Assembly: GCA_030698395.1 (NCBI GenBank) | Contig: JAUYKW010000027.1 | Location: forward strand, 3,174 to 67,173 | Length of the DNA: 64,000 nucleotides | Direction: 5' to 3' | From: a bacterium | GTDB lineage: Bacteria > Patescibacteriota > Patescibacteriia > UBA9570 | Translations under genes and position numbers: made by a program | Part shown: in pieces, positions 39,837-49,436 of the stretch | Position numbering within the stretch: position 1 is the first letter of the stretch | How the letters are laid out: each line of letters opens with the position of its first letter | Notes under the pieces: model-generated | Database searches by the model: none | The model's input: only the letters and a program-made list of their open reading frames with translations | Told to the model about the DNA's origin: nothing

Positions 39837-40234
39837 TTAGCTCCACTTGATTTCTTTGATGCTGTTTTTTTTGCTACAATTTTCTTTGCAGATGTTGATC
39901 CTTTCTTCAATTCTTTATTAACATCTGCCCAGTGACTTTTTAAATCTTTTTTTAAAGAAGTAACTGTAGTTTCCGCAACTTTCTTCTTCTCTGCATATTC
40001 ATCAACAATTTGATCAACAATTTCATCATATTTTTTCTTTGACATATCTCTTGCCTTACTAACCTTATGCGATATATCTTTTGATAATTCTGATGCCGTC
40101 TGCTTTATCTTAACTGCAGCTTTTTTCCCTTGTTTTGTTTGCGTAAAAAAATAAGTAGCTGCTCCTGCTGCTAGCAATGCTCCAACTGCGGTACCTGCTG
40201 CAACTTTAACTTTCTTTTGAATATTGTGTCCCAT
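39818..40234 (-). CDS. small lysine-rich protein with N-terminal hydrophobic segment
   Basis: 138 aa. MGHNIQKKVKVAAGTAVGALLAAGAATYFF then K/E-rich helical low complexity, ending ...GAKKPVKK. Its TAA stop is preceded by an A7 run. Confidence 0.4.
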   Translation of the reverse strand: MGHNIQKKVKVAAGTAVGALLAAGAATYFFTQTKQGKKAAVKIKQTASELSKDISHKVSKARDMSKKKYDEIVDQIVDEYAEKKKVAETTVTSLKKDLKSHWADVNKELKKGSTSAKKIVAKKTASKKSSGAKKPVKK

Positions 40235-40273
40235 ATTTTTTTTACTTAAATGTATTAATATAAGTAATGATAG

Positions 40274-41620
40274 CTAAAGTTCAACTTCCTGTCCATATTC
40301 TGGAACATCAGTAATAACACCTAATGTTTTTGTAATAGTGTCTGCCAACTCTAACGCACCTGCTTCCTCACCATGGGTTAGCCAAATTTTAGATATTTCT
40401 GGCTTATTATGAGTTAACCACTTCATAAGCTGATCTTTATCAGCATGAGCAGAATATGCACCGATTGGTCGGATTTTTGCTTTAACAGTATATTCCTGTT
40501 TTTCGATCACAACTACTTTTTCTCCATCTAATAACTTTCTACCTAAAGATCCTTCTACCTGATATCCAATGATTAATATTTGAGTTTTATAATCAGATAA
40601 GTATCGTTTCAAATGATGTCTTATTCTTCCTCCCTGCATCATACCTGACGCAGCCATTATTATTTTTGGTGCTTTTACATTGTTAATTTTTATTGAATCC
40701 TTTACTGTCTCCGTCATTTGTAAACCGGGAAAATCAAATAAATCATCACCGGAATCTAGCAAATATTTAGCTTCTTTGTTGAAGAGATGATTATATTTTG
40801 GATACAGTCGAGTTGCTTTGATTGCTAACGGGCTGTCTACAAATATTGGCACTTTTGGAATATCCTCATTTTCTACTAAACTGTTTAATTCATATAGAAC
40901 TTCCTGGGTACGCTCTAAAGAAAATGCTGGTATTAATAATACACCACCCATTGTTATAGTCTCGTATATCGCTGATTTTAATAATAGTGATCTATCTCTG
41001 GAGGCTTCATGCTTTCTTGCTCCATAAGTTGATTCCATAACCACATAATCCACTTGTTCCAAGTACTCAGTTTCTTTTAACAACGGAACTGGTGGATTCC
41101 CTATATCGCCTGAAAAAACTATAGTCTTACCGCCAGCAGTAATATATATAGATGAAGATCCCAAAATGTGTCCAGCGTCATAAAACTCTAAACTAAAGGG
41201 TCCTAAACTAATTTTTTGATGATATTCAACGCCTTGGAATTTTTGTACCGTGCTAATGACATCTTCTTCATCATACAACGGTTCATGTCCATGTTCCTCT
41301 GCCTCCGACTGAATAACGTGCACGCTATCACCTAACATCAACTCAATAAAAGATAGTGTTGCATGCGTAGCTACAATTTCTCCATTAAAACCCTCCTTTA
41401 CTAACTTAGGGACTCTACCACAATGATCAACATGCGCATGTGTGATAGCTATATAATCAACATCTTTTGGATCGAATGGAAATGGCGCTAAATTATCTTT
41501 TTCTGAAAAATGAGCGCCTTGTATCATTCCACAATCAATTAATAATTTAGAACCTTCATGTTCTAGTAAGTAGCAAGATCCTGTTACCATTCGGCATGCG
41601 CCAAAAAAAGATAATTTCAT
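40274..41620 (-). CDS. MBL-fold beta-CASP family metallo-hydrolase (RNA-metabolising nuclease type)
   Basis: 448 aa. HAHVDHCG (HxHxDH) motif, beta-CASP insert, C-terminal His motif. Confidence 0.75.
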   Translation of the reverse strand: MKLSFFGACRMVTGSCYLLEHEGSKLLIDCGMIQGAHFSEKDNLAPFPFDPKDVDYIAITHAHVDHCGRVPKLVKEGFNGEIVATHATLSFIELMLGDSVHVIQSEAEEHGHEPLYDEEDVISTVQKFQGVEYHQKISLGPFSLEFYDAGHILGSSSIYITAGGKTIVFSGDIGNPPVPLLKETEYLEQVDYVVMESTYGARKHEASRDRSLLLKSAIYETITMGGVLLIPAFSLERTQEVLYELNSLVENEDIPKVPIFVDSPLAIKATRLYPKYNHLFNKEAKYLLDSGDDLFDFPGLQMTETVKDSIKINNVKAPKIIMAASGMMQGGRIRHHLKRYLSDYKTQILIIGYQVEGSLGRKLLDGEKVVVIEKQEYTVKAKIRPIGAYSAHADKDQLMKWLTHNKPEISKIWLTHGEEAGALELADTITKTLGVITDVPEYGQEVEL

Positions 41621-42180
41621 ATTTGTTGTGATAAATATTTACAAAACTTTCTAACTGCTTTTGATCTGTGATCATATTGTTGTTTTTCTGCAATGGTCAT
41701 TTCAGCAAATGTTCTAGTATCTCCAGCAGGAATAAAGATATTATCATACGGCATTTTATACTTAATTTTTCCCCGAACACGATTCGTCAACTTCCCAGTA
41801 ACTTTTCCACTAAATAACATAGGTTCAGATCTTGCAGATTTTTTATATGCAATATAACTCGCAAAAAAAGCTGATTGATTATTCTTTATTAATTTTAATA
41901 ACCCTGAAAACCCCAAGCTTGCAAACATAAATCTAGAATAAACACCTGGAAAATGTTTATAACCTTTAAAAAAAATACCAGCATCATCAACTATCACTGG
42001 TTTTTTAACTATCTTATATGCTTGCTCAATTTTATCTTTTATAACCTCTTCCAAACTATCAGCTTGAATTTCTGGAATATCAAACGAACGACTAACCAAC
42101 TTAATATTATATTCAGCTAATGCTGATCCAATTTCCTCTAATTTACGAGGATTACTGGTAACCAGAGTAATCTCCTTCAT
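41617..42180 (-). CDS. rdgB: non-canonical purine NTP pyrophosphatase (Ham1/RdgB family)
   Basis: 187 aa, collinear with RdgB: TSNPRKLEE (SxNxxK), DDAG, PGVYSRF, C-terminal YDNIFIP...EKQQYDHR. Confidence 0.8.
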   Translation of the reverse strand: MKEITLVTSNPRKLEEIGSALAEYNIKLVSRSFDIPEIQADSLEEVIKDKIEQAYKIVKKPVIVDDAGIFFKGYKHFPGVYSRFMFASLGFSGLLKLIKNNQSAFFASYIAYKKSARSEPMLFSGKVTGKLTNRVRGKIKYKMPYDNIFIPAGDTRTFAEMTIAEKQQYDHRSKAVRKFCKYLSQQI

Positions 42181-42184
42181 GAAT

Positions 42185-42955
42185 TTAATAAAACTGCTTC
42201 GAGCAGATTTGACAAAATCCTAAAGGCACCCGATTTTCTCCTAAACCAATATTATATTGACGATACTTCTTACCTTTAAAATATACAATATGAGTAGAAC
42301 GATGTGATTGCTTAATAACTACAGACTCTCCTTTATCAATGCGGAGAAATTTTTTCGCATTATCTGCTACTACCAGACCAGGACCTCGATTTACTTTCAC
42401 TTTAACTTCCGTATCTGATGCTATAACTAAGTGCCCTATAATATTTACAGTATTATTAAAAGCAACACCTAAACCTTCTTGAAAAGTACTTTGTGTTACG
42501 CTCTGATAATAACCAGTGCTACCAAGTGGTGTGGCCACAATTAATCCATCTCCTAAGTATTCACCGCCATATGGTTCGCCGTTCAAGGATACACTATACC
42601 TTAAGCTAGTATTGATTGTAGCGTGACCAACGATAATATCGTTTAAGCCATATAAAATTGAACCTTTACTAGCAGCTTCCAATAACGGATGCTCTCTTAA
42701 ATAATACTTACCTCTACTAAGTAAACTTAAGATTGTTTCACGAGTAACCCTTGCACAATTGTGACACACTCTACTGTGTCTAATCATTACCTTTGGTACT
42801 CCCGGATATTCCCGCTCAGCATACAATAAAGTTCCATCTCCACCGTAGCACAAAATAAAATCAGGATTACTTTTTACAATCTTAATATTAGAAAACTTAT
42901 TCCTAATTATTTTACCAAGTTCTTTACCCTCTAATCCTGTAATTATTACACGCAT
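42185..42955 (-). CDS. nadK: NAD+ kinase
   Basis: 256 aa. GGDGTLL motif (YGGDGTLLYA), NDIIV, conserved C-terminal beta domain. Confidence 0.8.
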   Translation of the reverse strand: MRVIITGLEGKELGKIIRNKFSNIKIVKSNPDFILCYGGDGTLLYAEREYPGVPKVMIRHSRVCHNCARVTRETILSLLSRGKYYLREHPLLEAASKGSILYGLNDIIVGHATINTSLRYSVSLNGEPYGGEYLGDGLIVATPLGSTGYYQSVTQSTFQEGLGVAFNNTVNIIGHLVIASDTEVKVKVNRGPGLVVADNAKKFLRIDKGESVVIKQSHRSTHIVYFKGKKYRQYNIGLGENRVPLGFCQICSKQFY

Positions 42956-42979
42956 AGTAGAGTTAGTATATCATTATTA

Positions 42980-44143
42980 TTAATATTTTTCTATAAACTC
43001 TGTCATTCGTTTTAAAGCCTCTTGAACATTCTCCAATGAACTTGCAAATGATAATCGAACAAAACTATCACGACCAAAATACTTTCCAGGAACCAATGCA
43101 ACGCCAAATTCAGTTAATAAAGTCTCACAAAAAATTTCTGAATCTTCAGTGATCTCGCTAATGTCAAGAAAACAATAAAAAGCTCCAGCGGGATCCGTTA
43201 ATGAAATTTTATTATTTGCATCTACCCATTCAATAACTACTTTGCGCCGACGTGCCAATTCAAGCAAGATGTTATCCAAAGAATCTGGCTTCATATTCAA
43301 CGCAGGCAAACTGGCAAACTGAGCTATGTTACATACATTTCCCGTTAGATGAGATTGCAACACTGTCATCGCATCAATAACGTTCTCAGGTCCAGCTGCA
43401 AAACCAACTCTCCATCCTGTCATTGATCCTGATTTAGATACACCATTTATTACAATAGTTCTTTCTGGATATATTTTTGCAAATGATATGAATTTTGAAT
43501 CATCATAAAGTAACTTGCTATATATTTCATCGCTAATAACCCAAAGATTGTGTTCACGTGCAAAATCAGCAATTTTTTCTAACTGTTCCAAATCGTAAAC
43601 TGCCCCTGTAGGATTATTTGGGTAATTTAATATGATACCGACAGTTTTTTCTGTTACAGCAGTATTAAAAGCATCAATGTCTAACTGAAAATCATCTGTG
43701 GTCTCTACTGCTATTACTACACCATCTGCTAACTTAATTTGCTGAGAATAACTTACCCATCCTGGTACAGGTACCAAGACCTCGTCTTCCGAATTAATTA
43801 ACACTTGCAAACAACTATATAATGCTTGCTTTGCACCATTTGTAATAATAATCTGGTTATCGTTGAAATCTAAATCGTAATTATTAGATAAAAAATTACA
43901 CACAGCAGAACGAACCTGAGGTAATCCCTGTGGTTTTGAATAATGATTATTATTTGCATCTATCGCATCCTTAGCAGCGTCTAGTACTTCATTTGATGTT
44001 TCAAAATCAAGCTCTCCAGCTGTAAGATTTATCACATCTTGCCCCTGCTGTGCCAAATCTTTTGCTAGAGAATCCAAAAGAATTGTCTGTGACGCCTTAA
44101 TACCAGTGATCCGGCCGGCTGGCTTAATCATAAAGCTCTTCAC
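42980..44143 (-). CDS. PLP-dependent aminotransferase class I (aspartate/aromatic type)
   Basis: 387 aa. NYPNNPTG and SKSGSMTGWRVG (PLP-lysine) motifs. Confidence 0.8.
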   Translation of the reverse strand: MKSFMIKPAGRITGIKASQTILLDSLAKDLAQQGQDVINLTAGELDFETSNEVLDAAKDAIDANNNHYSKPQGLPQVRSAVCNFLSNNYDLDFNDNQIIITNGAKQALYSCLQVLINSEDEVLVPVPGWVSYSQQIKLADGVVIAVETTDDFQLDIDAFNTAVTEKTVGIILNYPNNPTGAVYDLEQLEKIADFAREHNLWVISDEIYSKLLYDDSKFISFAKIYPERTIVINGVSKSGSMTGWRVGFAAGPENVIDAMTVLQSHLTGNVCNIAQFASLPALNMKPDSLDNILLELARRRKVVIEWVDANNKISLTDPAGAFYCFLDISEITEDSEIFCETLLTEFGVALVPGKYFGRDSFVRLSFASSLENVQEALKRMTEFIEKY

Positions 44144-45728
44144 GCTTTTCTCGGATATAACCTAACCAATCCTCAAATACTTCTATAATTAATTTAAATG
44201 GTGCTTCGATAATAACATCTAATATAAATACAAATACATTTATCTTTGAAAAATTTACCGACAACCAATGTCCTGCTCTGATAACTGGAATTGCAAAAAA
44301 ATCTATTGTAGCGCTAATAATATTATCCTTCCTATCAACCACTACTAGATCTTTCGCTAACTGCCTTACTCTGAAGCCAAAAAAGCTTACGAGAGTTAAG
44401 AATAATACAAATAGCAACATACCAAGCCAGTTAAACCCAATCATGAATAACAATAATAAAATTCCACCGAATGTCACGAAATAAGCCAAAACGTAAAAGA
44501 GTTTAAATAGCAAACTCGTAAACCCACTTCGAGCAGCTTTTGGTTTAACCTGGTATTTAATATCCTTATCCGGATAACTATATATCAAGTCTTTTACACC
44601 CTCCTTGATTTTTTCTGTATTTTCTTTTGCAGGTATGTGTACAACTAAAGCAATGATGAATAAGAGTGTTGGATGGAAAATTACATTTATCGCAATTGGA
44701 ATGTAATTGAGATGACCAAGAATAAATAGATCATAAGGTAATTCAATTATCAAAGCCAACATCATTTTTGTAATTATAATATATATAATACTCCTAATAC
44801 TAGTTCTTCTTAATTTAGATTTTACTGTTTTATACTTTTCCGTTGCAGCTTCTTCTACTTCATCTTCTAATCTTTCTACATCTTGCAATAAGTCTAATGG
44901 ATCATCATGTTTAGAAAGAACATCAGCTAAAATAAGGAATAAAATATTTACCTTTTTCAATTGTCTAATCAACCGATCTTGTAATGGATGATTAATTTGT
45001 TTTTCAATTGTTGCCTTAACGTTTAGAACATTTTTCGCTACTCGATTTATGGTATCTTCTTTATTATCTTTCCAGTCAGGATAAAAATATTTCAACAAAT
45101 GATAACTAGTCAAATCAAAATCATATTGAGCATAGGTTCGTAATGTTGCAGAATAAATCTGTACCTTCCGCTCATCTGCAGTAATATTTTTTGATTTAAT
45201 TTCAACTCTTTCCAACATAGTAAGGTAAACAAATTCAAGCATACCTTGTTTTTGCCAAGAAAATGAAAGTAAATCTTCCAATTCGCAAGCTAACATTGTA
45301 AGAGTCCAATCAAATACCCCTTCTCGTTGTTCTTGTTCTAATGGCGGAATAGCCTTATTAAGAAACCTTGCATACTTGGTTATAACTTTTGTTACATCAT
45401 CAACGATAGATTCTGGATATGAATTATTCTGGATATACCCTCCTCTAATTAATTCTGATAGTAAGGGTCCTGAAATCAATGCTGGATCTTCCCCTGGAAT
45501 AAATTTTCTACGTAATATTCTCTCTATTGCAGATTTAATAATCAAATTCTCTTCTTGATAATCAACTGAATTTCTAATTTTCTCATAAAAAAAAGCCAAC
45601 CTACCAATAGCCTCACTTATCTTTAGCTTTGATACGTTTACACGAGCTTCCTCCTCGTGTGTTTCTTTATTGTAGCTTTTTATAAGCCTTTGTACTGCTA
45701 CTGGAACAGTGTAATGAGTATCTGACAT
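44124..45728 (-). CDS. hypothetical protein with ~300-aa soluble N-terminal domain and C-terminal polytopic membrane domain
   Basis: 534 aa. No motif I can assign. 5 to 6 predicted TM helices in the last 230 aa. 20-nt overlap with the aminotransferase gene. Confidence 0.4.
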   Translation of the reverse strand: MSDTHYTVPVAVQRLIKSYNKETHEEEARVNVSKLKISEAIGRLAFFYEKIRNSVDYQEENLIIKSAIERILRRKFIPGEDPALISGPLLSELIRGGYIQNNSYPESIVDDVTKVITKYARFLNKAIPPLEQEQREGVFDWTLTMLACELEDLLSFSWQKQGMLEFVYLTMLERVEIKSKNITADERKVQIYSATLRTYAQYDFDLTSYHLLKYFYPDWKDNKEDTINRVAKNVLNVKATIEKQINHPLQDRLIRQLKKVNILFLILADVLSKHDDPLDLLQDVERLEDEVEEAATEKYKTVKSKLRRTSIRSIIYIIITKMMLALIIELPYDLFILGHLNYIPIAINVIFHPTLLFIIALVVHIPAKENTEKIKEGVKDLIYSYPDKDIKYQVKPKAARSGFTSLLFKLFYVLAYFVTFGGILLLLFMIGFNWLGMLLFVLFLTLVSFFGFRVRQLAKDLVVVDRKDNIISATIDFFAIPVIRAGHWLSVNFSKINVFVFILDVIIEAPFKLIIEVFEDWLGYIREKREELYD

Positions 45729-45785
45729 TGTTATATCATAGCATTTTTAAAGCATTTTGTCCAGTTTAAAGCCTATTAAGCCTAT

Positions 45786-48700
45786 TTATTGGCATTTTTT
45801 TATAATTTTATCCAGCATTTTTTTTCTAGATTCATTCCAAGATAACAACACTGGAAATACTAATAGCGTACCTAATGTAGAGAAAATTAATCCCGCAATT
45901 AAACTAGTTCCTAAGCCTCTCCAAAAAAGATCATTGAGTGTAAGTGGTAAAATACCAAATACTGTCGTAATAGAAGTTGATAAAATTGGTTTGAATCTCG
46001 CTTTTCCAGTTTCTATCATTGATTTAGTAGTAGACCACTTCTCATTCTTTGCACTTATTCTATTAAAATAATCAACAAAAACAATTGCATCATTAACCAC
46101 AATTCCAACCAAAGCGATGATGCCTAAACCGGAAACCATATTTATTGATTCGTTGATAAAACTCAAGGCTGGAAATACACCAATCATTGCTAATGGAATC
46201 GTAAATAATATTAATCCTGGTTGGATGAAAGAGTTAAATTGATACACCAAAATCAAATACACAGCTATAACAGCTATAATAAAAACTAATAATAAATTAT
46301 TATAATTTTCATTCATAGATGCTGTGAATCCGCCATATGAAACATCTTCAGCTGACAAATTAAACTCTTCTAAATGTTCTTCAGTTAAGTAATCTTTTAC
46401 TAATTGTTCTATATCTTTTGAATCTGTATCATCTGACACTCGAGCGGACACCTTCGCAACTCGTAACTCATCTAATCTTTGAATTTGTTGCAAACTTTCT
46501 ACCTCAGTAATATCTGCTACCTTATCTAAGGTTACATCTTCTAGCGGCGTAGAAAAAAGCACTAACTCACGAGCATCCGCCAAAGAATTTTTTGATTCTT
46601 CATCTAATGCAAGAATTACATCATCTGAAACTCCGTCAGTTCCTATGCTAATTTTGCCAACTTGCGTTTCACTAAAAGCCAGATTCACCATCATACTTAC
46701 ACTCGCATTATCTAGATTGTATTTCTCTAACTCTTCTTCATTAAAATCTATTTCGTAATCAGTCATCATGGCGTCACTCCAAGAATTTTTAACCTGTACA
46801 ACGCCCATTTCATTTTCTAAAAACTCAGTTAAATCCGCAGAAGCATCTGTAAGACCATCCATATCATCCCCTCGTAATTCAACAATGACATCAAAAGGAT
46901 CTGTCGGTGGTCCAATCGACACGGATTCTGCAGTAACGACTATCCCCTGTTCTGCTAGAGATTTTGTTACGCTAGCAATCTCCTCTTCTAATTTATCGCC
47001 CAGAGCATAAATATCTGGACCATCTGGTCTATTGGTTGGTTCACTAAATATAACGGATACGCTATTTTCTTCATATATAAAATAACTATGAAAATGTTCC
47101 GTGCCAACTGCTTTATCTAAAACGGAAATAGTCGCAGCCTTTTTTTCATCAGCTGAAATTTGCTTAGGAAAATCAAAATTTAATTTAACTTCCACATTAT
47201 CAACTTTTGGAAATTGTTCGAACGGTAACTCCTGGCCAAAACTTAATACACTTACAGCAATTAACGTAACGCCAGTTAATACCAACATTGCTTTAGTCCA
47301 CCACTTGGCAAAAAGATGCGTAATAATTAAGCCATAAATATCTTCAAGGAAATCAACCAATTTTTGACCATAAAATATAATTACTGGAAGCACAAACATT
47401 TTTTGCAGAACAGACAACTTTCGTTTCTTCCTTTGCTCCTTAGTTTCTTCCTTCATCAAAAAAATGGACAATACCGGTGTTATGGTAATAGCCAAGAAAA
47501 ATGATGCTATCAACATTATTATGATGGTATAAGGAATGAATCGTAAAAACGCACCAACAACTCCTGAAATATTAGCAAAAGGTATAAACACTACGAGTGT
47601 TGTTAAAGTAGCTGCAGTTACCGGCGGACCAAGCTCTTTCATAGCAGAAGCTACTGCCAACTTCTTATTTTGGCCATTTTCTATATTATGAGTTACTCCT
47701 TCAGCAATAACAATTGCATTATCTACAATAATTCCTAATACCAATAACATTGCAAACAAAGTAAGAATGTTTATCGTATATCCTAAGGCGAATAAAGCTG
47801 CTAGCGTAATCAAAAATGCTAGCGGAATAATCGTAGCCACGATAATACCAGTTCGGAAATTAATAAACAGCATCAGAACTAACAGAATCAAAAATAAACC
47901 ATACCAACCATTTGTAAGTAAGTCACCTATTTGTTTTTCAACATATTTAGAGTTATCAAATACAGGTGCTAAATCTACATTATTTGGTAATATCTTATCT
48001 GCATTAATATGTTCCGCTTCCGCTGCAATATCTTCAGAAATACTTATTGCATCACCTTTATCACCCGTATAAATTATTAACATTACCGCCGATTTTGACT
48101 CCGGTATATCATTGAGTAAATATCCAGCATGATTTACTTGATCCTCATCGTAAGTTCTCATGCTAATTGAAGCGATATCCGATAATACAACATCCTGAAT
48201 TTGGACATCTTCAAAATCTGACAATTTTGTTACATTTGATGTAAAAATTAAGTTCATGTCCTGACCATCATCTACCGCAAGAACACCACCTGGAATACTC
48301 AATAAGGTAGATTGTAATACTTGTTGAACCTCAGTCAATGTTAAACCCTTGTCCTTTAATTTCTCTTCATTTAGAGCAATGACAATTTCATTCTTTATTT
48401 CAGGCGATATATCAATTTTATCTATACCAGCTGAGGCGGTTAAAAAATGTTCTCTAACAAGCTCTGCTTCGTTCTGTAATTCCGAAATATTTGTAGTGTC
48501 ACTACCAAGCGCATAGATTAGCAAAGGGCCGATGGGATCCTCAGTCTTTACCTCAATCTTGGCATCACTAGTTAATCCAATTTCTTTTATATTCTTTTCG
48601 ATCTCGTCAATAGCCACATCTACCTGATCCACCTCTTGCATTTCAACTCCTAACCAACCACCATTATCATATGAAATTGATCTTAAATATTTTAGTCCAT

Positions 48701-48929
48701 CTAAATCCCCAATAGATTGCTCAATAGGTATTACAACTTCTTTTTCAACATCATTAGAAGCAGCTTGCGGATATGTTACATATATTGAGATGTAATTAGA
48801 TGATATTTGCGGAAAATCCTGACGATAGTTATTTGTAGCACCAAAAATACCAACTGCAATTATTGCAATAACTAATAATATTGTTGTTTTGTATCGATTA
48901 ATAAAAAAATTTGACCACTTTCCAATCAT
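45786..48929 (-). CDS. RND/MMPL-superfamily transporter (12-TM, two large extracytoplasmic loops)
   Basis: 1047 aa. Duplicated 6-TM plus large-loop architecture typical of AcrB/MMPL. No adjacent membrane-fusion or outer-membrane partner. Confidence 0.75.
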   Translation of the reverse strand: MIGKWSNFFINRYKTTILLVIAIIAVGIFGATNNYRQDFPQISSNYISIYVTYPQAASNDVEKEVVIPIEQSIGDLDGLKYLRSISYDNGGWLGVEMQEVDQVDVAIDEIEKNIKEIGLTSDAKIEVKTEDPIGPLLIYALGSDTTNISELQNEAELVREHFLTASAGIDKIDISPEIKNEIVIALNEEKLKDKGLTLTEVQQVLQSTLLSIPGGVLAVDDGQDMNLIFTSNVTKLSDFEDVQIQDVVLSDIASISMRTYDEDQVNHAGYLLNDIPESKSAVMLIIYTGDKGDAISISEDIAAEAEHINADKILPNNVDLAPVFDNSKYVEKQIGDLLTNGWYGLFLILLVLMLFINFRTGIIVATIIPLAFLITLAALFALGYTINILTLFAMLLVLGIIVDNAIVIAEGVTHNIENGQNKKLAVASAMKELGPPVTAATLTTLVVFIPFANISGVVGAFLRFIPYTIIIMLIASFFLAITITPVLSIFLMKEETKEQRKKRKLSVLQKMFVLPVIIFYGQKLVDFLEDIYGLIITHLFAKWWTKAMLVLTGVTLIAVSVLSFGQELPFEQFPKVDNVEVKLNFDFPKQISADEKKAATISVLDKAVGTEHFHSYFIYEENSVSVIFSEPTNRPDGPDIYALGDKLEEEIASVTKSLAEQGIVVTAESVSIGPPTDPFDVIVELRGDDMDGLTDASADLTEFLENEMGVVQVKNSWSDAMMTDYEIDFNEEELEKYNLDNASVSMMVNLAFSETQVGKISIGTDGVSDDVILALDEESKNSLADARELVLFSTPLEDVTLDKVADITEVESLQQIQRLDELRVAKVSARVSDDTDSKDIEQLVKDYLTEEHLEEFNLSAEDVSYGGFTASMNENYNNLLLVFIIAVIAVYLILVYQFNSFIQPGLILFTIPLAMIGVFPALSFINESINMVSGLGIIALVGIVVNDAIVFVDYFNRISAKNEKWSTTKSMIETGKARFKPILSTSITTVFGILPLTLNDLFWRGLGTSLIAGLIFSTLGTLLVFPVLLSWNESRKKMLDKIIKKCQ

Positions 48930-48940
48930 ATTGCAAACAC

Positions 48941-49396
48941 CTACGTTAGCTCTTCAACTTGATCAATATAATGCCAGATGATTTCAAGATGATCAAAGGC
49001 AATCTCTTTTTCTGATGGTAATTTATTAATATCAAACCATTTAACTTCAGAAACTTCTTCGGAATCTGGTTCAGAAACTTTTTTGATAAGTTTAATTACA
49101 AAAGCAAATGAAATATTTTGTCGATCATCAGATTTTCTATTTGGCTTATCTATGATTGTTAACAAATCCTCTACTACGCTAGTATAGCCAACTTCTTCTA
49201 ATACTTCACGCATTACTGCTTCTGATGTTGTTTCACCGTGTTCAACAAAACCACCAGGCAAAGACCATTTTCCATTCTCGCGCAATTTATCTGCACGTTT
49301 TGTGAGTAGGATTTTATTTTTATCTATAATTACAGCATCAACAACTGCGTGTCTAAGCTGAGCAATATCCCCTTTTTCGAATTTACATTCAATCAT
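48941..49396 (-). CDS. NUDIX hydrolase
   Basis: 151 aa. Nudix box GGFVEHGETTSEAVMREVLEEVG (Gx5Ex7REUxEExGU). Confidence 0.8.
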   Translation of the reverse strand: MIECKFEKGDIAQLRHAVVDAVIIDKNKILLTKRADKLRENGKWSLPGGFVEHGETTSEAVMREVLEEVGYTSVVEDLLTIIDKPNRKSDDRQNISFAFVIKLIKKVSEPDSEEVSEVKWFDINKLPSEKEIAFDHLEIIWHYIDQVEELT

Positions 49397-49436
49397 ACCG
49401 CGCTATTCTAACACAGTCGTATATTTTTTCCTATGC

